From Cyclobacteriaceae bacterium (lineage in GTDB: Bacteria; Bacteroidota; Bacteroidia; Cytophagales; Cyclobacteriaceae), in NCBI GenBank assembly GCA_034523095.1, contig JAXHKU010000017.1, positions 5,641-69,640 on the forward strand: a stretch of DNA of 64,000 bases. The letters are read 5' to 3'. The number at the start of each line of letters is the position of its first letter. The first letter of the stretch is position 1. Below, one piece after another: positions 61,297 through 64,000 of the stretch. A program made the position numbers and the translations under genes. The notes below the pieces were generated by a model. The model was not told the DNA's origin. It did no database searches and saw nothing but the letters and a program-made list of their open reading frames with translations.

Positions 61297-64000
61297 CTAC
61301 TGGTCTCGTAGTTGAAATAACAGGGCGGATTCATTGTTACGGGAAACGATGAGATTTCTTTTACCATCCGCACCTTCAATGAGTCGTGAATCCCTCACCT
61401 GACCCGTGATGAATAAGCCACTTTCACTAGCAGTTAATGCATGAAATTTTTTATTTCCCTCTCCTTTCAGAAACACCCCTCTGTTCGCATCCAGTCTGCC
61501 CATTTCTGGTTTCAGTCCATAGTGGTTTCCGAATAAAAGAATATCCATAATGCCATCGCCATCCATATCTTCTGACAGAATAGAATATACCGGAGCAGCT
61601 TGTGCCTCCAGTGGCAGCGCCTCCAACCTGAATCCTGAGTCATCGCGCCAAAGTATGGCACTCTCCAGCGTAGTTGTCCTGAGTTCCAGTGCTCCCTGGC
61701 GCTGACTGTCATCAAAAAGTTGAGCGTAGGTCATTTTGCCGTAATCAGCATATTTTGCAATTTTCTGATGGAGTTGAGGTATATTCTTTGTGAGATCATC
61801 TTTTGAAATAAAAGGATAGGCAATTTGGTCTGCCGATGGATACCACTCCAATATTTTATCGACACTGCCATTGCGGTCAAAATCCTTCATATAGAGTTTC
61901 AATGGATTTTCTGCTGTTGCCCTCATTTTACTATTCAATCCCCAATTGCCAAGAACGAAGTCATCATTACCGTCACCATCCAAATCCTTCACTATTATGG
62001 AAGACCACCATCCGAAGCTGTCTTTAATAATTCCTTTTTTTGTCAGTGCGCCCGGAGTATTTTCAAAAATGGTAACCGGCATCCAGTCGCCAACGACAAC
62101 CAAATCCAGATCGCCATCTTTATCCACGTCACTTGTCACAGCGGCGGTCACCATTCCCAGCCTTCCGAATTCCTCGGTGGTAACATTTGACCAGGTGCCA
62201 TTGCCATTGTTGAGGAGAAGAAAACTGCTGGGCACAAGTCCGTAATGCGAGGGGACGGATCGCGCTCCTAAAAACAAATCCATGTCGCCATCCGCATCAA
62301 AATCAGAGGGCACGATACATGATAAATTGCCGCTCACATGAGGCGTTGATTCGACGTCCGGTGAAAAACTTCCTTTTCCGTCATTCTTAAAGGAGCGCAT
62401 GGCAAAATTCTGATTTCCTTTAGCCATTTCATTACCACCATTGCCAATAAGCAAATCGAGGTCTCCATCTGAATCGATATCTATAAAAGCGCCACAGGTA
62501 GCTTCAAGCTGCTTGTCGGCCTCAAAAGACAACTGCTCTTTAAAGTAGAATTTCCCATCACGGTTCTGAATGAATAATTTATTTGGATCATCCGCGGCGC
62601 CGAGCAGCACTATGTCTGATAATTGATCGCCGTTAACATCGCCCGAGATAATCTTAGGACCTTCCATAGAAAGCGCCTGATATGACATTGGATCCTGGAG
62701 GAAATCATTGTAGGTGTTTTCAGTGTGCTTAGTATTACCGACAAAAGCACTGCTGCCTTCTTCGGTAAATAATGATTGGCGTTGGTTTCGCACCGGAGAC
62801 CAGTGCAATTCTGCTTCTGCGTAGCTGAGTGTGAGGGTCTGATTTGCTTTGACTGACTGCAAAACCTGCATTTTTCCATCAGGCCAGATTACCTGTACGG
62901 AATCAAGGTTATCCGTTTTGCCAAGGCCAAAAATCAGTCCCGGCGCCACAGAACTCTGGAATCCCCGTGATAAATAATGCTGAAGCACATGCTGCATACC
63001 TCCTTTTGTGATAATCACCATGGCGCCGATACCCTGGGCATTGGCTTGTGGTCCAACGAGTTGGACTTTTAAAAAATTATTGTGCTTATTTTCCACGGCA
63101 TTATTCCGGTAGATGAAGCACTCCATATTGGCATTGTTGATCACCAGGTCAGCGTCGCCATCATTATCCAGATCGCCGTAGGTGGAGCCGTTGCTGAATG
63201 ATGGCATCGATAAGCCCAATTGGGCTGACATATTGGTGAATGTCAGGTTATGTTGGTTAATAAAAGCATAGTTGGAAATCTTATTGGCCGGCATAAATGG
63301 CAAAAAATCCCTGAAATCGAATCGCTTATTTTCCTCCACGATCTTGTCCACGACTGCTTTATTGGTGATGATTTCGACAAAGTCAAAATCAGTGAGATCA
63401 CGCTGAATGCCGTTGCTCACAAAAATGTCCTTCCAGCCATCAAGGTCAAGATCAAGTATCATGGCCCCCCAACTCCAGTCCGACTCGGCAACGCCAGCCA
63501 GATGAGCAACCTCCTGAAATTTGCCGTTTCCATCATTCAACTGGAGGCAGTTTTGCATCACCTGATGGTGATAAACAGAATCGAATTTCATGGATCCCAT
63601 GCGGTATGGCTGAAACTGGGTCATGGTTTTTAGACGATAATTATCAGGCGGAAGCATATCGGTGGTGATGATTTCGGCAAAGCCATCGTTGTTCACATCC
63701 CCAATATCAGCGCCCATGCTATTCATGGAGGTCTTCGCCAGCCGGTCTTCCAGTTGATCTGTGAACGTACCGTCGCCATTATTGATATACAGGTAATCCC
63801 TCTCCCAGAAATCGTTGCTCACATAAATGTCAGGCAGAAGGTCGCCGTTCAGGTCGCTGACTGATACGCCGAGCCCAAAACCAATGTCGCCGGAATTGAT
63901 TCCTGATTCTTTCGTAACATCCATAAAACGACTGCCGTCATTCCTGATAGAGCCTGTCGCCACCTTCTTCACCTTTTTACTGTTCTGGAACTCTTTAATA
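61297..64000 (-). CDS. CRTAC1-like VCBS/FG-GAP repeat protein with an UnbV/ASPIC domain (5' end beyond the window)
   Basis: An 891 aa ORF to 63972, with the frame still open to the window edge. It carries repeated DxNxDGxxD FG-GAP motifs, an ASPIC block (AQGIGAMVIITKGGMQHVLQHYLSRGFQSS..GLG..LDSVQVIWPDG) and a second FG-GAP half. Confidence 0.8.
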   Translation of the reverse strand, partial: IKEFQNSKKVKKVATGSIRNDGSRFMDVTKESGINSGDIGFGLGVSVSDLNGDLLPDIYVSNDFWERDYLYINNGDGTFTDQLEDRLAKTSMNSMGADIGDVNNDGFAEIITTDMLPPDNYRLKTMTQFQPYRMGSMKFDSVYHHQVMQNCLQLNDGNGKFQEVAHLAGVAESDWSWGAMILDLDLDGWKDIFVSNGIQRDLTDFDFVEIITNKAVVDKIVEENKRFDFRDFLPFMPANKISNYAFINQHNLTFTNMSAQLGLSMPSFSNGSTYGDLDNDGDADLVINNANMECFIYRNNAVENKHNNFLKVQLVGPQANAQGIGAMVIITKGGMQHVLQHYLSRGFQSSVAPGLIFGLGKTDNLDSVQVIWPDGKMQVLQSVKANQTLTLSYAEAELHWSPVRNQRQSLFTEEGSSAFVGNTKHTENTYNDFLQDPMSYQALSMEGPKIISGDVNGDQLSDIVLLGAADDPNKLFIQNRDGKFYFKEQLSFEADKQLEATCGAFIDIDSDGDLDLLIGNGGNEMAKGNQNFAMRSFKNDGKGSFSPDVESTPHVSGNLSCIVPSDFDADGDMDLFLGARSVPSHYGLVPSSFLLLNNGNGTWSNVTTEEFGRLGMVTAAVTSDVDKDGDLDLVVVGDWMPVTIFENTPGALTKKGIIKDSFGWWSSIIVKDLDGDGNDDFVLGNWGLNSKMRATAENPLKLYMKDFDRNGSVDKILEWYPSADQIAYPFISKDDLTKNIPQLHQKIAKYADYGKMTYAQLFDDSQRQGALELRTTTLESAILWRDDSGFRLEALPLEAQAAPVYSILSEDMDGDGIMDILLFGNHYGLKPEMGRLDANRGVFLKGEGNKKFHALTASESGLFITGQVRDSRLIEGADGKRNLIVSRNNESALLFQLRDQ

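Noticed and set aside
1-64000. tRNA, rRNA, tmRNA, transposase or integrase genes.
   Set aside because: I did not see a T-arm (GGTTCGAATCC-like) or 3' CCA context, or rRNA-like conserved blocks. No ORF has DDE transposase or tyrosine/serine recombinase motifs. This is a by-eye negative, not a covariance-model search.

Overview
This is a Bacteroidota-type chromosomal segment: it has SusC/SusD relics, DUF2723, VCBS/ASPIC paralogs and Bacteroidota-style split HipA genes. I support about 50 protein-coding loci. I saw no rRNA, tRNA, CRISPR array, transposase or integrase by eye.

Layout:
- 0-8.7 kb: envelope and miscellaneous genes (AI-2E permease, beta-barrel OMPs, sulfotransferase, membrane class III nucleotide cyclase, DUF3788, B3/4 protein, lipoprotein).
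- 9-12.3 kb: a small toxin-antitoxin islet. It holds a tripartite HipB / HipA-N-domain / HipA-kinase module and a ParE/RelE pair, around a nucleoside hydrolase.
- 12.3-14 kb: a MurK-like sugar kinase plus MurQ.
- 14-28 kb: a minus-strand, ABC-transporter-dependent (wzm/wzt) polysaccharide locus. Almost every glycosyltransferase is frame-broken, and an SNF2 helicase gene sits between two copies of a GT4 5' end.
- 28.1-28.9 kb: relic of a second SNF2 gene with long homopolymer tracts.
- 29-52 kb: mostly housekeeping (Lrp, PyrR-like, PanB, a DUF2723 envelope module, PPIase, HemC, HolB, L31, fructosamine kinase, LMW-PTP, AddAB-like helicase-nuclease).
- 52.15-57.7 kb: a 5.5 kb ORF desert. It is a heavily decayed susC-susD-VCBS/ASPIC locus with extreme strand compositional skew.
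- 57.7-64 kb: two large intact or near-intact VCBS/ASPIC (CRTAC1-like) paralogs.

Main caveat: many frame breaks sit at short homopolymers and could be sequencing errors. Some lesions are in-frame nonsense codons or truncations and cannot be explained that way.

I found no clearly novel multi-gene system. The most unusual signals are the skewed decayed locus, the decaying glycan locus with the repeat-flanked SNF2 gene, and the HipBST-like module.
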